NCBI GenBank assembly: GCA_039588015.1
Contig: JBDHAS010000023.1
Coordinates: forward strand, 6,868-70,867
Length of the DNA: 64,000 bases
DNA from: Gemmatimonadota bacterium
Lineage (GTDB): Bacteria > Gemmatimonadota > Gemmatimonadetes > Palauibacterales > KS3-K002
Direction of reading: 5' to 3'
Notes under the pieces: generated by a model
What the model was told of the DNA's origin: nothing
Database searches by the model: none
The model's input: only the letters and a program-made list of their open reading frames with translations
Part shown: piece by piece, positions 20,240 to 28,411 of the stretch
How the letters are laid out: each line of letters starts with the position of its first letter
Position numbering within the stretch: the stretch's first letter is position 1
Position numbers and translations under genes: made by a program

Positions 20240-21936
20240 GTAGCCCGCCGCCGCAGCGTCGGGGTCGACTTCGTCTCGGAGCCCGTCTCCTGACCGCGGG
20301 TGTCTTCGCCCTTCTGGTATGGGCGGTCGTCTACCCCAACCTCGTGGTTGTCGGAGAGAGTCTGAGTGGGGATGGGACACTCACGCTTCGGCACTACATC
20401 GAGTTCGTCAAAACGCCTTCCGAGCTTCGTGCGCTGTGGTCGAGCGTATGGATCTCGGCGGCCACGGTTATTCTGTCGGCACTGATAGGCATCCCGTTGG
20501 CATTCCTATTCGCCCGCTTCGAGTTTCCCGGTCGTCGGGTGTTAGGCGCGCTTGCGGCGATGCCGGTCCTGCTGCCACCGTTGGTTGGCGTCATAGCTAT
20601 ACTCTTTCTGTACGGTGAGAGCGGCATCGCCACTCGGTTTCTGCAGGAGGCCATCGGTCTCGAGTCGCCGCCGTGGCGGCTACAAGGCGCCGGTGCCATT
20701 CTCGCCGTGCACGCCTACTCGATGTACGTCTACTTCTACCTGTTCACGCTAGCAGGGCTGGCTCGCCTAGATCCCGCTATGGAGGAAGCAGCTGCTTCTC
20801 TCGGGGCTGGCCGCATTAGCACGCTGAGACGCGTGACGCTGCCGCTGCTGACCCCGACCTTGGCGGGCGCGGCGCTGCTCACGTTCATGACCTCGATGGC
20901 CTCGTTCAGCGCGCCGTACGTTCTCGGTGGCGGCTTTCGCGTGATGACCACGCAAATCTTCAATAGCAAGCTTCAGGGCCAGACCTCGGTCGCGATGGTT
21001 GAGACCGTCATGCTGGCGACCGTCTCACTGCTCGTGCTGTGGCCGCTGTCTCGCTGGGAAGGGAGCCGCGAGTATGTGGCGCCCGGCAAAGGGACGGCGG
21101 CTGCGAGGATACCGGTGCGGTCACGCTGGGCGGCGATCGCCGTGCCCGTCGTCGCCGGTCTCGGTGTACTGCTGTTGATTCTGCCTCACCTTACACTCGT
21201 GCTCGTTTCGTTCGTGCCCGATGGCACGTGGACCACTCAGACGCTGCCGCCGCAGTACTCGCTGGAAAACTACGGGCAGCTGTTCAGCGAGGCCCGCACA
21301 TTCCGGCCGATCGCCAACTCGCTGCTGATGGCAAGCGCCGCCACCTTCATCGCAGTAGCGGTGTCTCTGTCCGTCGGCCGCCTCGTCGTCCGCTGGCGTG
21401 TACGAGGTAGTCGCCTCCTGGAAGTGATGTTGGCTTTGCCATGGGCCCTGCCAGGAACCGTGCTCGCAATCGCGCTGGCGACCACGTTCAGCGTGAGTGC
21501 GCCGTGGGCGGGCCGTTTCGTCCTCGTCGGGACGGCTTGGATCCTCGTGATTGCCTATTCCTTGCGAGTGCTTCCCTTGACGGGACGAGCGGCTTTGGCC
21601 GGCTTCCGGCAGCTTGACCCCAGTCTGGAGGAGGCGGCGGCGTCGCTTGGTGCTGGAGTCTGGAGGACTTTTCGTAGGGTCACCTTCCCCAGCCTCTTAC
21701 CAGCCATCGCCGCTGGCGCCTCGCTGGCCTTCGTTACCGGACTCGGCGAGTTCGTGGCGTCGATTGTGCTTTACACACACCGGACACGCCCGATATCGAT
21801 CGAGATCCTATCACAGCTCAGAGATTTCGATTTGGGTGCGGCTGCCGCCTACGGGGTGCTGTTAATGCTACTCGTTGCCGCTGCGTTCATACTCGGTCAG
21901 CGTTGGCTGGAGAGCGGCCGCGCTGAGTCTGGCTAG
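20236..21936 (+). CDS. ABC transporter permease, duplicated two-module type (FbpB/ThiP-like)
   Basis: 566-aa ORF with two EAA-loop modules (EEAAASLGAGRISTLRRVTLPLL and EEAAASLGAGVWRTFRRVTFPSL). It overlaps the ATPase stop by 4 nt. Confidence 0.9.
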   Translation: MSSPPPQRRGRLRLGARLLTAGVFALLVWAVVYPNLVVVGESLSGDGTLTLRHYIEFVKTPSELRALWSSVWISAATVILSALIGIPLAFLFARFEFPGRRVLGALAAMPVLLPPLVGVIAILFLYGESGIATRFLQEAIGLESPPWRLQGAGAILAVHAYSMYVYFYLFTLAGLARLDPAMEEAAASLGAGRISTLRRVTLPLLTPTLAGAALLTFMTSMASFSAPYVLGGGFRVMTTQIFNSKLQGQTSVAMVETVMLATVSLLVLWPLSRWEGSREYVAPGKGTAAARIPVRSRWAAIAVPVVAGLGVLLLILPHLTLVLVSFVPDGTWTTQTLPPQYSLENYGQLFSEARTFRPIANSLLMASAATFIAVAVSLSVGRLVVRWRVRGSRLLEVMLALPWALPGTVLAIALATTFSVSAPWAGRFVLVGTAWILVIAYSLRVLPLTGRAALAGFRQLDPSLEEAAASLGAGVWRTFRRVTFPSLLPAIAAGASLAFVTGLGEFVASIVLYTHRTRPISIEILSQLRDFDLGAAAAYGVLLMLLVAAAFILGQRWLESGRAESG

Positions 21937-21994
21937 AATTGGGGGCAGGAGGCGTTGCCTGTCGGCAGCGCTCGTGGATCAGATGAACGTCGAT

Positions 21995-22276
21995 CTACCT
22001 TCGGTCTCCCCAGATGTTCGTCTTGTCTAGTTCTTTGTCGCCAGCGAAGACGCCGCCTGCTACACCCGCCCCGAAGGCTAGCGCCGTCAAGCCTCCGATG
22101 ATGGGAAGGGCCGCGACGAGCGGAGCCGCAACGATCAACGCGCCGGCGCCCGCAATCCAGGGAGCCGCTTTCTTCCGCGCCTTCGGTACGAAGCGCAGCT
22201 TCTTCTTCACAAACTTCTTCGTGTATTTATAGCCGCCGTAGGCAGCCCCACCTGCGAGTAGTAGCTCGAGTCCCAT
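21995..22276 (-). CDS. Hypothetical small membrane protein (Gly/Ala-rich helices, Lys-rich loop)
   Basis: 93-aa ORF. Its hydrophobic/glycine-zipper-like segments are more protein-like than the opposite-strand ORF 22014..22232. No family recognised. Confidence 0.45.
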   Translation of the reverse strand: MGLELLLAGGAAYGGYKYTKKFVKKKLRFVPKARKKAAPWIAGAGALIVAAPLVAALPIIGGLTALAFGAGVAGGVFAGDKELDKTNIWGDRR

Positions 22277-22690
22277 CTGCTCTATGTCTCCAGTTCTGCC
22301 AGTCTGCCGCCAGCCTGGCTCTACCGACCACTACGGGTCAGGTACGCCACAGGATTCACGGCTGTCTCCTCCACCTTGTAATCTAACCTCGTCGGGGCGA
22401 AGGCGCGTGTTGCGACTCGCACTGCGTCGGCTGGCATTGTATCTTGTAGCTAGATGCGGAGACGCTTGCCACCGCCCTTAAGGCTGCAGCTTGTAGGTAG
22501 CCTCACAGTCTGGCGGCGACCCCGGATTGCCGGTTGCCACGAATTCGTATCACGTGATCAGCCGGTGAACGTCCTCACCTGGGGCGCGGCCACGACCCCC
22601 AACACCAATGCGCACAAGATTGCCGCGACTGGGTTGTTACCGTCGCGATATCCGATCGTTCAACCGGGAACGTCTAGGGAGGTAGACTAG

Positions 22691-23848
22691 ATGGATCTTC
22701 TGAATCGAGCCGAGGTTAGAGCGCTCATGGAAGAGCGCGGTACGTTGTGTGTATCGCTTTACATGCCGACCCATCGGTCGGGTGCTTCGATGCAGCAAGA
22801 CCCGATTCGATTCAAGAACTTGCTGAAGCAGGCGGAAGAACGGTTGATCGAGAGTGGGTTACGGAGAACCGAGGCCCAGGATACCCTGCGGGGTGCGCAG
22901 CGGCTTCTGGATGACAGCGTTTTTTGGAAACACCGAGGCGACGGCCTCGCGGTATTCGCCTCTCGGGAGACTTTGGCCTCTTACCGTTTGCCGTACAGTT
23001 TCTCGCAGCTGGTAGTCGTCACCGATCGGTTCCACGTCAAGCCGCTGCTGACGCTGCTAAGCGGCGACGGGCGGTTCTATATCCTGGCCTTCAGTAAGAA
23101 GCAAGTTCGACTGTTCCAGGGCTCACGACACAGCGTTGCCGAGCTAGAAGTCGAGAATATGCCAGGGAGCTTGGCGGAGGCGCTGGGAGCCGAGGAGCGG
23201 GAAAAGCAGCTGCAGTATCATACGCCGGGCCGCGCGGGCGGGCCGATCTTCCACGGTCATGGCGGCGGGGGCACCGACGAGTCGGTGCACAAGAAGGACC
23301 TGTTGCGCTATTTCAAGCAGGTCGACAAAGGCCTGCAGGATCTCGTGCGCGAGGAACGCGCTCCTCTGGTTCTGGCGGGCGTTGACTATCTGCTTCCGAT
23401 CTACCGGGAGGCCAATACGTGCGCCGAGCTAGTCAACGGGGGAGTCGTTGGCAACCCGGATGGGCTGAGCGCCAGCGAGTTACATGCGCGGGCATGGACG
23501 ATCTTGGAGCCCTTCTTCGCGAAGGAGCAAGAGCGAGCGGCGGCACAGTATCTGGAGCGCTCGGGTAGCGGGCGGGCGTCACGGGACCTGAAGGAGATCA
23601 TCCCGGCGGCTTATCACGGTCGCGTCGAGTCGCTGTTCGTCGCCGTCGGCGTTCAGCAGTGGGGCAAATACGAATCCGAGATCGGCGATGTCGAGCTGCA
23701 CGACGATCGCGAGCCCGGCGACCAGGACCTGCTGGATTTGGCGGCGGTCGAGACGCTGGCCCACGCGGGCAATGTCTACGCGGTAGACCCTGCGCACGTG
23801 CCGGGCGCAGAGCGGAATGGTCCCGTAGCCGCTGTGTTCCGGTACTGA
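22691..23848 (+). CDS. Bacterial eRF1/Pelota-like (baeRF-family) protein, candidate
   Basis: 385-aa ORF with a GGGAGG Shine-Dalgarno upstream. The three-part layout matches what I recall for baeRF/eRF1-like proteins. The N-terminal segment is TLCVSLYMPTHRSG. The central segment is FHVKPLL..GRFYILAFSKKQVRLF. The C-terminal segment is GRVESLFV...GNVYAV....VAAVFRY. Family assignment is unverified. Confidence 0.6.
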   Translation: MDLLNRAEVRALMEERGTLCVSLYMPTHRSGASMQQDPIRFKNLLKQAEERLIESGLRRTEAQDTLRGAQRLLDDSVFWKHRGDGLAVFASRETLASYRLPYSFSQLVVVTDRFHVKPLLTLLSGDGRFYILAFSKKQVRLFQGSRHSVAELEVENMPGSLAEALGAEEREKQLQYHTPGRAGGPIFHGHGGGGTDESVHKKDLLRYFKQVDKGLQDLVREERAPLVLAGVDYLLPIYREANTCAELVNGGVVGNPDGLSASELHARAWTILEPFFAKEQERAAAQYLERSGSGRASRDLKEIIPAAYHGRVESLFVAVGVQQWGKYESEIGDVELHDDREPGDQDLLDLAAVETLAHAGNVYAVDPAHVPGAERNGPVAAVFRY

Positions 23849-23869
23849 CCGACCCGATCGGTCGTCGCG

Positions 23870-25711
23870 CTAGGCCTTTTCGACCTTCACCGCACAGAAC
23901 TTGAACTCCGGGATCTTCCCGAAGGGGTCCAGTGCGTCGTTGGTGAGGATGTTGGCCGACGCTTCCCTGAAATGGAACGGTACGAAGACGCTCCCGCGCG
24001 ACACGCCGGGCGTAGCTCGTGCCTTCAGCGTGATCGTGCCACGGCGCGTGCTGAGCGTAACGAAGTCATCCGGTCCAACACCCAGGTCGTTGAGGTCGCC
24101 CGGATTCATTTGGCAGTGCGCCTCCGGCTCGATTGCGTCGAGGGTTTTCGACCGCCGGGTCATCGTTCCCGTGTGCCAGTGCTCGAGCAATCGCCCGGTG
24201 TTCAGGATGAAGGGGTACTCGTCGTCGGGTAGCTCCGCCGCCGGCTGGTACTCGACCGGCACGAACTTCCCGCGGCCGCTAGGGGTGGGGAAGCCGTCGC
24301 CGAAGAGTAGCTGGACCCCGTCGCTATGTATGGGATCGGGACACGGCCACAGCTTGCCCGTCGCTCCCAGGTTCTCGTAGTCGAGCCCGGCGTAGCTGGG
24401 AGCCAACGCGGTCATTTCTGCGAAGACCGCTTCGACGTCCTCGTAGCTCATCGGGTAGCCCATGCGGGTGGAAATCTCGCAAACGAGCTCCCAGTCGAGT
24501 CGCGCTTCGCCTGGTGGGTCCAGTGTCTTGTGCCCAACCTGTACGCGGCGATCGGAGTTCGTGTAGGTACCATCCTTCTCGAAGAAAGAAGTCGCCGGCA
24601 AGATGACGTCGGCGAATTCCGCCGTCTCCGTTAGGAAGATGTCCTGTACGCAGAGGAATTCCAGATTGGCGAGCGCCTTGCGGACCTTGTTCACGTTGGG
24701 GTCCGACAGGAACGGATTCTCGCCCATCATGTACATGCCCTTGATCTCGCCTTTGAGCGCGCCGTTGATGATCTCGACAACCGTGAGACCCGCGCGCGAG
24801 TCGAGCGGCACCCCCCAGGCTTCCTCGAACTTCTTCTGCGCCTGCGGGTCCGACACCTTCTGGTAGTCGGGGTAGACCATCGGAATCAGACCTGCATCCG
24901 AAGCGCCCTGAACGTTGTTCTGGCCGCGCAGCGGATGGAGGCCGGTTCCGGGGCGGCCGACGTTCCCGGTGAGCAGGGCCAGCGAGATCAGACAGCGGGC
25001 GTTGTCGGTGCCGTATGTGTGCTGGGAGATGCCCATCCCCCAGTAGATGATCGCGGCTGCGGCTTTGCCAAAGATACGCGCAATCTCACGGATCCTGTCG
25101 GCGGAGACGCCGCACATCGGTTCCGCAATCTCAGGAGTGTACCGCGATACAAGGTCCCGCAACGCTTCGAAGTCCTCGGTAAAGTCGCGTATGTAGTCGT
25201 GATTGATCAGGTCTTCCTCGATCATCACGTTCATCATCGCGTTGTACAGCGCTACATCGGAGCCTGGCTCGATTTGCAGAAAGTGGTGCGCGTGGCGCGC
25301 GAGCCCTGTCTCGCGCGAGTCGACGACGATCAGCGTCGTGCCATTGGCGGCCGCGTCCTTGATGAATGTGGCGGCAACTGGATGGTTTTCGGTCGTGTTG
25401 CTGCCCGTGACGAGAGCTACGTCCGCGTTGTGTACGTCGCTGAAGACGTTGGTGACGGCGCCCGAGCCGATCGTCTCCAGTAACGCGGCGACCGACGAAG
25501 CGTGGCATAGCCGAGTGCAGTGATCGACGTTGTTCGTGCCGAATGCTGCACGCACCAATTTCTGGAACAGGTAGGCCTCTTCGTTGCTGCACTTCGCCGA
25601 GCCGAAACCGGCCAACGCGTCGGGGCCGGACTCTTCTCTGATGGCCTTGAGCCGCGACGCGGCAAAGTCGAGCGCCTCGTCCCACGTTGCCTCGCGGAAG
25701 GAAGGCAGCAC
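23870..25711 (-). CDS. fdsA: Formate dehydrogenase alpha subunit (FdsA/FdhA, NAD-type), molybdopterin part. This is the C-terminal fragment of a frame-interrupted gene.
   Basis: 613-aa ORF. It carries FREATWDEALDF, the Mo-ligand Cys context HCTRLCHASSV, the block IIYWGMGISQH, and a C-terminal Molydop_binding-like region. It lies in the -1 frame relative to the upstream fragment. Confidence 0.85.
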   Translation of the reverse strand: MLPSFREATWDEALDFAASRLKAIREESGPDALAGFGSAKCSNEEAYLFQKLVRAAFGTNNVDHCTRLCHASSVAALLETIGSGAVTNVFSDVHNADVALVTGSNTTENHPVAATFIKDAAANGTTLIVVDSRETGLARHAHHFLQIEPGSDVALYNAMMNVMIEEDLINHDYIRDFTEDFEALRDLVSRYTPEIAEPMCGVSADRIREIARIFGKAAAAIIYWGMGISQHTYGTDNARCLISLALLTGNVGRPGTGLHPLRGQNNVQGASDAGLIPMVYPDYQKVSDPQAQKKFEEAWGVPLDSRAGLTVVEIINGALKGEIKGMYMMGENPFLSDPNVNKVRKALANLEFLCVQDIFLTETAEFADVILPATSFFEKDGTYTNSDRRVQVGHKTLDPPGEARLDWELVCEISTRMGYPMSYEDVEAVFAEMTALAPSYAGLDYENLGATGKLWPCPDPIHSDGVQLLFGDGFPTPSGRGKFVPVEYQPAAELPDDEYPFILNTGRLLEHWHTGTMTRRSKTLDAIEPEAHCQMNPGDLNDLGVGPDDFVTLSTRRGTITLKARATPGVSRGSVFVPFHFREASANILTNDALDPFGKIPEFKFCAVKVEKA

Positions 25712-26646
25712 TTCGTCGTATTGCGCTCGCCGCTTACTGCCGCTGAAAGCGGTCCCTTGGGATAGGCTTCCGCTCTGCGAATCAGCGGAACGGTGAGGCG
25801 TTGCGGGTGTTTGGCATAGTCGAAGCCGTAGCGGCCTTTAACGCAAAGCCTCGAATCGCTGGCAGGGCTCTCGCGGCCTTCGGCGAACACGATCGTGTTC
25901 TGCTTCTCGTCTACTTGGTATGTGATTGCGCAGCCGACACCGCAGTATGGGCAGACCGAATCGACAGGCTTGAGCTCTGGGCGCGGAACGATAGGCACGG
26001 TGATCGTCTTGTTGGTGAGCGCGCCCGTCGGGCAAACCGCCGCACACTCACCGCAAGACACGCAGGTGCTGTCACCCATCGGCGCGTTGAGATCGAAAGC
26101 GATCCGTGAGTTGTAACCCTTCCCGGTTCGGCCGATCACGTCGTTGTGCTGCACCTCGTTACACGCTCGGATACAACTGTCGCATAAGATGCAAGCAGCG
26201 TGGTCGACGGCGATCACCGGCGACGACATGTCCCGTTGGCGACCGTTGCCCTTTGGGAGGGCGATTGCGGTCCAATCGATACCAAAAGTGCGAGATAGCT
26301 GGTGCAACTGGTCGTCTCCAGTGGATATCTCGCGCAGAGATTCCTGCGGATAGTCGGAAAGCAACAACTCTGTCAGCGTTCTGCGGCAGCGCTGTACTTT
26401 CTCCGACTTCGTCACGACGTTCATGCCGTCGCTCGCTTCACGCACGCAGGCAGCCGCCAGGACGCGCTCGCCAATGTCTACCACACACATGCGGCAGACG
26501 CCGACGGGTCGCAGGCGTGGATCGTGACAAAGCACGGGAATCTCGACGCCGGCTTCCTGGGCGGCCTGCCAAATCGTGGAACCCTTACTGACCGTGACCC
26601 CACGACCGTCTACGTCGAGCGAGATGGTGGAATCATGAGTGCCCAT
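25417..26646 (-). CDS. fdsA: Formate dehydrogenase alpha subunit, N-terminal Fe-S part (2Fe-2S, 4Fe-4S ferredoxin-like, MopB 4Fe-4S). This is the N-terminal fragment of a frame-interrupted gene.
   Basis: The start is the ATG at 26646 (MGTHDSTISLDVDGRGV...). Motifs are CHDPRLRPVGVCRMC, CILCDSCIRAC, CVSCGECAAVCPTGAL, CPYCGVGCAITY and CVKGRYGFDY..RLTVPLIR. Homology is lost after about 25715-25760. The rest of the ORF down to 25417 is out-of-frame read-through. Confidence 0.8.
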   Translation of the reverse strand: MGTHDSTISLDVDGRGVTVSKGSTIWQAAQEAGVEIPVLCHDPRLRPVGVCRMCVVDIGERVLAAACVREASDGMNVVTKSEKVQRCRRTLTELLLSDYPQESLREISTGDDQLHQLSRTFGIDWTAIALPKGNGRQRDMSSPVIAVDHAACILCDSCIRACNEVQHNDVIGRTGKGYNSRIAFDLNAPMGDSTCVSCGECAAVCPTGALTNKTITVPIVPRPELKPVDSVCPYCGVGCAITYQVDEKQNTIVFAEGRESPASDSRLCVKGRYGFDYAKHPQRLTVPLIRRAEAYPKGPLSAAVSGERNTTKCCLPSARQRGTRRSTLPRRGSRPSEKSPAPTRWPVSARRSAATKRPTCSRNWCVQHSARTTSITALGYATLRRSPRYWRRSARAPSPTSSATYTTRT

Positions 26647-26691
26647 GGGACCCCTTTGTCGACGCAGGCTTCGAATATCGAATATCGAATG

Positions 26692-26750
26692 TCGAACACC
26701 GAGCTTCGAAGTTCCACTTGGAAATTGGGTATTCCCTGCTCGGTGTTCGA
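26692..26750 (-). promoter_or_regulatory. Intercistronic stem-loop between fdsB and fdsA (13-bp perfect inverted repeat, 33-nt loop)
   Basis: tcgaacaccgagc (26692-26704) is the exact reverse complement of gctcggtgttcga (26738-26750). The element starts 4 nt after the fdsB stop. On the plus strand it is flanked by four TCGAAYR heptads (26671-26698). Confidence 0.5.
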
Positions 26751-26753
26751 GAT

Positions 26754-28388
26754 TCAAGTACCCACATTTGTATTCTTCCGTCGTTGTTCCAGATACGCTG
26801 CCAGCTCGTCTCCCCAGTACTGTAACGCCGATGTGATCGGATTGAGTGCTACTTGGCCTAAGCCACATATCGACGTCTCTGCCAACGTTTCTTCCAAGTC
26901 GGGAAGGACGTCTAGTATCGCGCCGTTACCTCTGCCGGCCAAGATATCTTCAAGCATTTGCACGACTTTGTAAGTGCCTGTGCGGCAGGGCACGCACTTA
27001 CCACACGACTCGTTGCGGAAGAAACGCACTACGTTGGTCGCGATCTCGATCATGTCTGTGCCGTCCGCGACCACGACCAGCGCCGCGGCTCCGAGCATGC
27101 TGCCGGCGTCCGCGATCGATTGGAAATCGATCGGGACGTCAGCTTTCTCGGCCGGCAGGAAGCGAGAACTGGCGCCGCCGGGGGCGAAAGCCTTGAGCCG
27201 CCGACCGTCGATGACCCCGCCGGCCATCTCGATCAGTTCGGCGACCGTTGTGCCGAGCGGGATCTCGAAGACCCCTGGATTCCCTACGTGCCCGGAGACG
27301 CCGATGAACTTCAGCCCCGAGTGGTCACCTGCGCCCTGCTCCTTCCACCATTCGGCGCCGCGGTTCAGAATGGGCGGGACGAGAGCGAGCGTCTCTACGT
27401 TGTTGATCACGGTAGGAAGACCGCGGAGTCCTTTCTGGCCCGGGTAGGGCGGCTTGTTTCGCGGCTCTCCGCGTCGGTCTTCCATCGCTTCCAGCAACGC
27501 GGTCTCCTCGCCCAGGATATAGCCGCCGGGTGAGACGACGATCTCGATGTCGAACTGGTCGCCCAGGATCCCGCGCCCGCGCGCGTCGTCGAGTGCGACC
27601 TGCATCGCCTTCCTCTCGGGATCGTATTCGTGTCGAATGTAGACGTAGCCCTGCTTGGCGCCGGTCACGAAGGCTGCGATGCACATTCCCTCGACAACCA
27701 GGTGCGACAACTCCGCGAGGATCACTCGGTCCTTGAACGCACCGGGCTCGCTCTCGTCGGCATTGCAGACCACGTACTTGGGGGTCGCCGGTTCTTTCCG
27801 AACGATGTCCCACTTGAGGCCAGTGGGAAAACCGGCACCGCCCATCCCACGTAGTCCTGCCTCCTTCAAGATCTCGATGCATTCGGCAACAGCGGCATCT
27901 CTGTCCGTCCGCTCGAGATAGGCTTTGTATGTCGAGTAGCGCTTGCCGCTCCCGCCGCCGTAGTCGATCCGCCAGCGACGTGGCTGTGCCAATCCCGGCG
28001 ATGGCAGCTTCTCCGCGTTCCGGGCCTGGCGCGCGAGCTCCTCGGGGCCGATACGGCCGACCGGGGTACCATGCACGAGGGCGGTCGGCGCAGACTCGCA
28101 GCGTCCGAGACACGAGACTTCATGAACGTCGATGTCCGATTCACCGTCCAGCAGCTTTCGCACCTTTGAACAGTAATCTCGACCTCCAAGCAAGTGGCAT
28201 GAGAGATCTCGGCAGATAGCCACCTCGGTCTTCCGCGCCGGGGTCCTGCGAAAATGGGTGTAGAAGGAGACGACCTCTTCTACGCGATAGAGGGGGACAC
28301 GAAGCCGTTCGGCCAGGGCCGTCAGGTCTTCATCTCGCAGATAGCCGCGTTCTTCCTGCAGCGAGTACAGCTCGCCGATCAGTCTCAT
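26754..28388 (-). CDS. fdsB: Formate dehydrogenase beta subunit, fused NuoE-like (FdsG) and NuoF-like (FdsB) NAD/FMN/Fe-S modules
   Basis: The N-terminal thioredoxin-like 2Fe-2S part is CRDLSCHL..SCLGRC. The NuoF-like part has GLRGMGGAGFPTGLKW, CNADESEPG and ESCGKCVPCR. I prefer the ATG at 28388. The ORF track extends to a TTG at 28415. Confidence 0.9.
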   Translation of the reverse strand: MRLIGELYSLQEERGYLRDEDLTALAERLRVPLYRVEEVVSFYTHFRRTPARKTEVAICRDLSCHLLGGRDYCSKVRKLLDGESDIDVHEVSCLGRCESAPTALVHGTPVGRIGPEELARQARNAEKLPSPGLAQPRRWRIDYGGGSGKRYSTYKAYLERTDRDAAVAECIEILKEAGLRGMGGAGFPTGLKWDIVRKEPATPKYVVCNADESEPGAFKDRVILAELSHLVVEGMCIAAFVTGAKQGYVYIRHEYDPERKAMQVALDDARGRGILGDQFDIEIVVSPGGYILGEETALLEAMEDRRGEPRNKPPYPGQKGLRGLPTVINNVETLALVPPILNRGAEWWKEQGAGDHSGLKFIGVSGHVGNPGVFEIPLGTTVAELIEMAGGVIDGRRLKAFAPGGASSRFLPAEKADVPIDFQSIADAGSMLGAAALVVVADGTDMIEIATNVVRFFRNESCGKCVPCRTGTYKVVQMLEDILAGRGNGAILDVLPDLEETLAETSICGLGQVALNPITSALQYWGDELAAYLEQRRKNTNVGT

Positions 28389-28411
28389 TGTCCGATTCCC
28401 CCAGTTAGGAA

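Noticed and set aside
25700-25790. Selenocysteine recoding or programmed -1 frameshifting as an explanation for the split fdsA
   Set aside because: The discontinuity is a frame change, not an in-frame TGA. The Mo-ligand position is encoded as Cys (RLCHAS). I found no X_XXY_YYZ slippery heptamer or obvious downstream pseudoknot in the overlap zone. An indel, real or artefactual, is more parsimonious.
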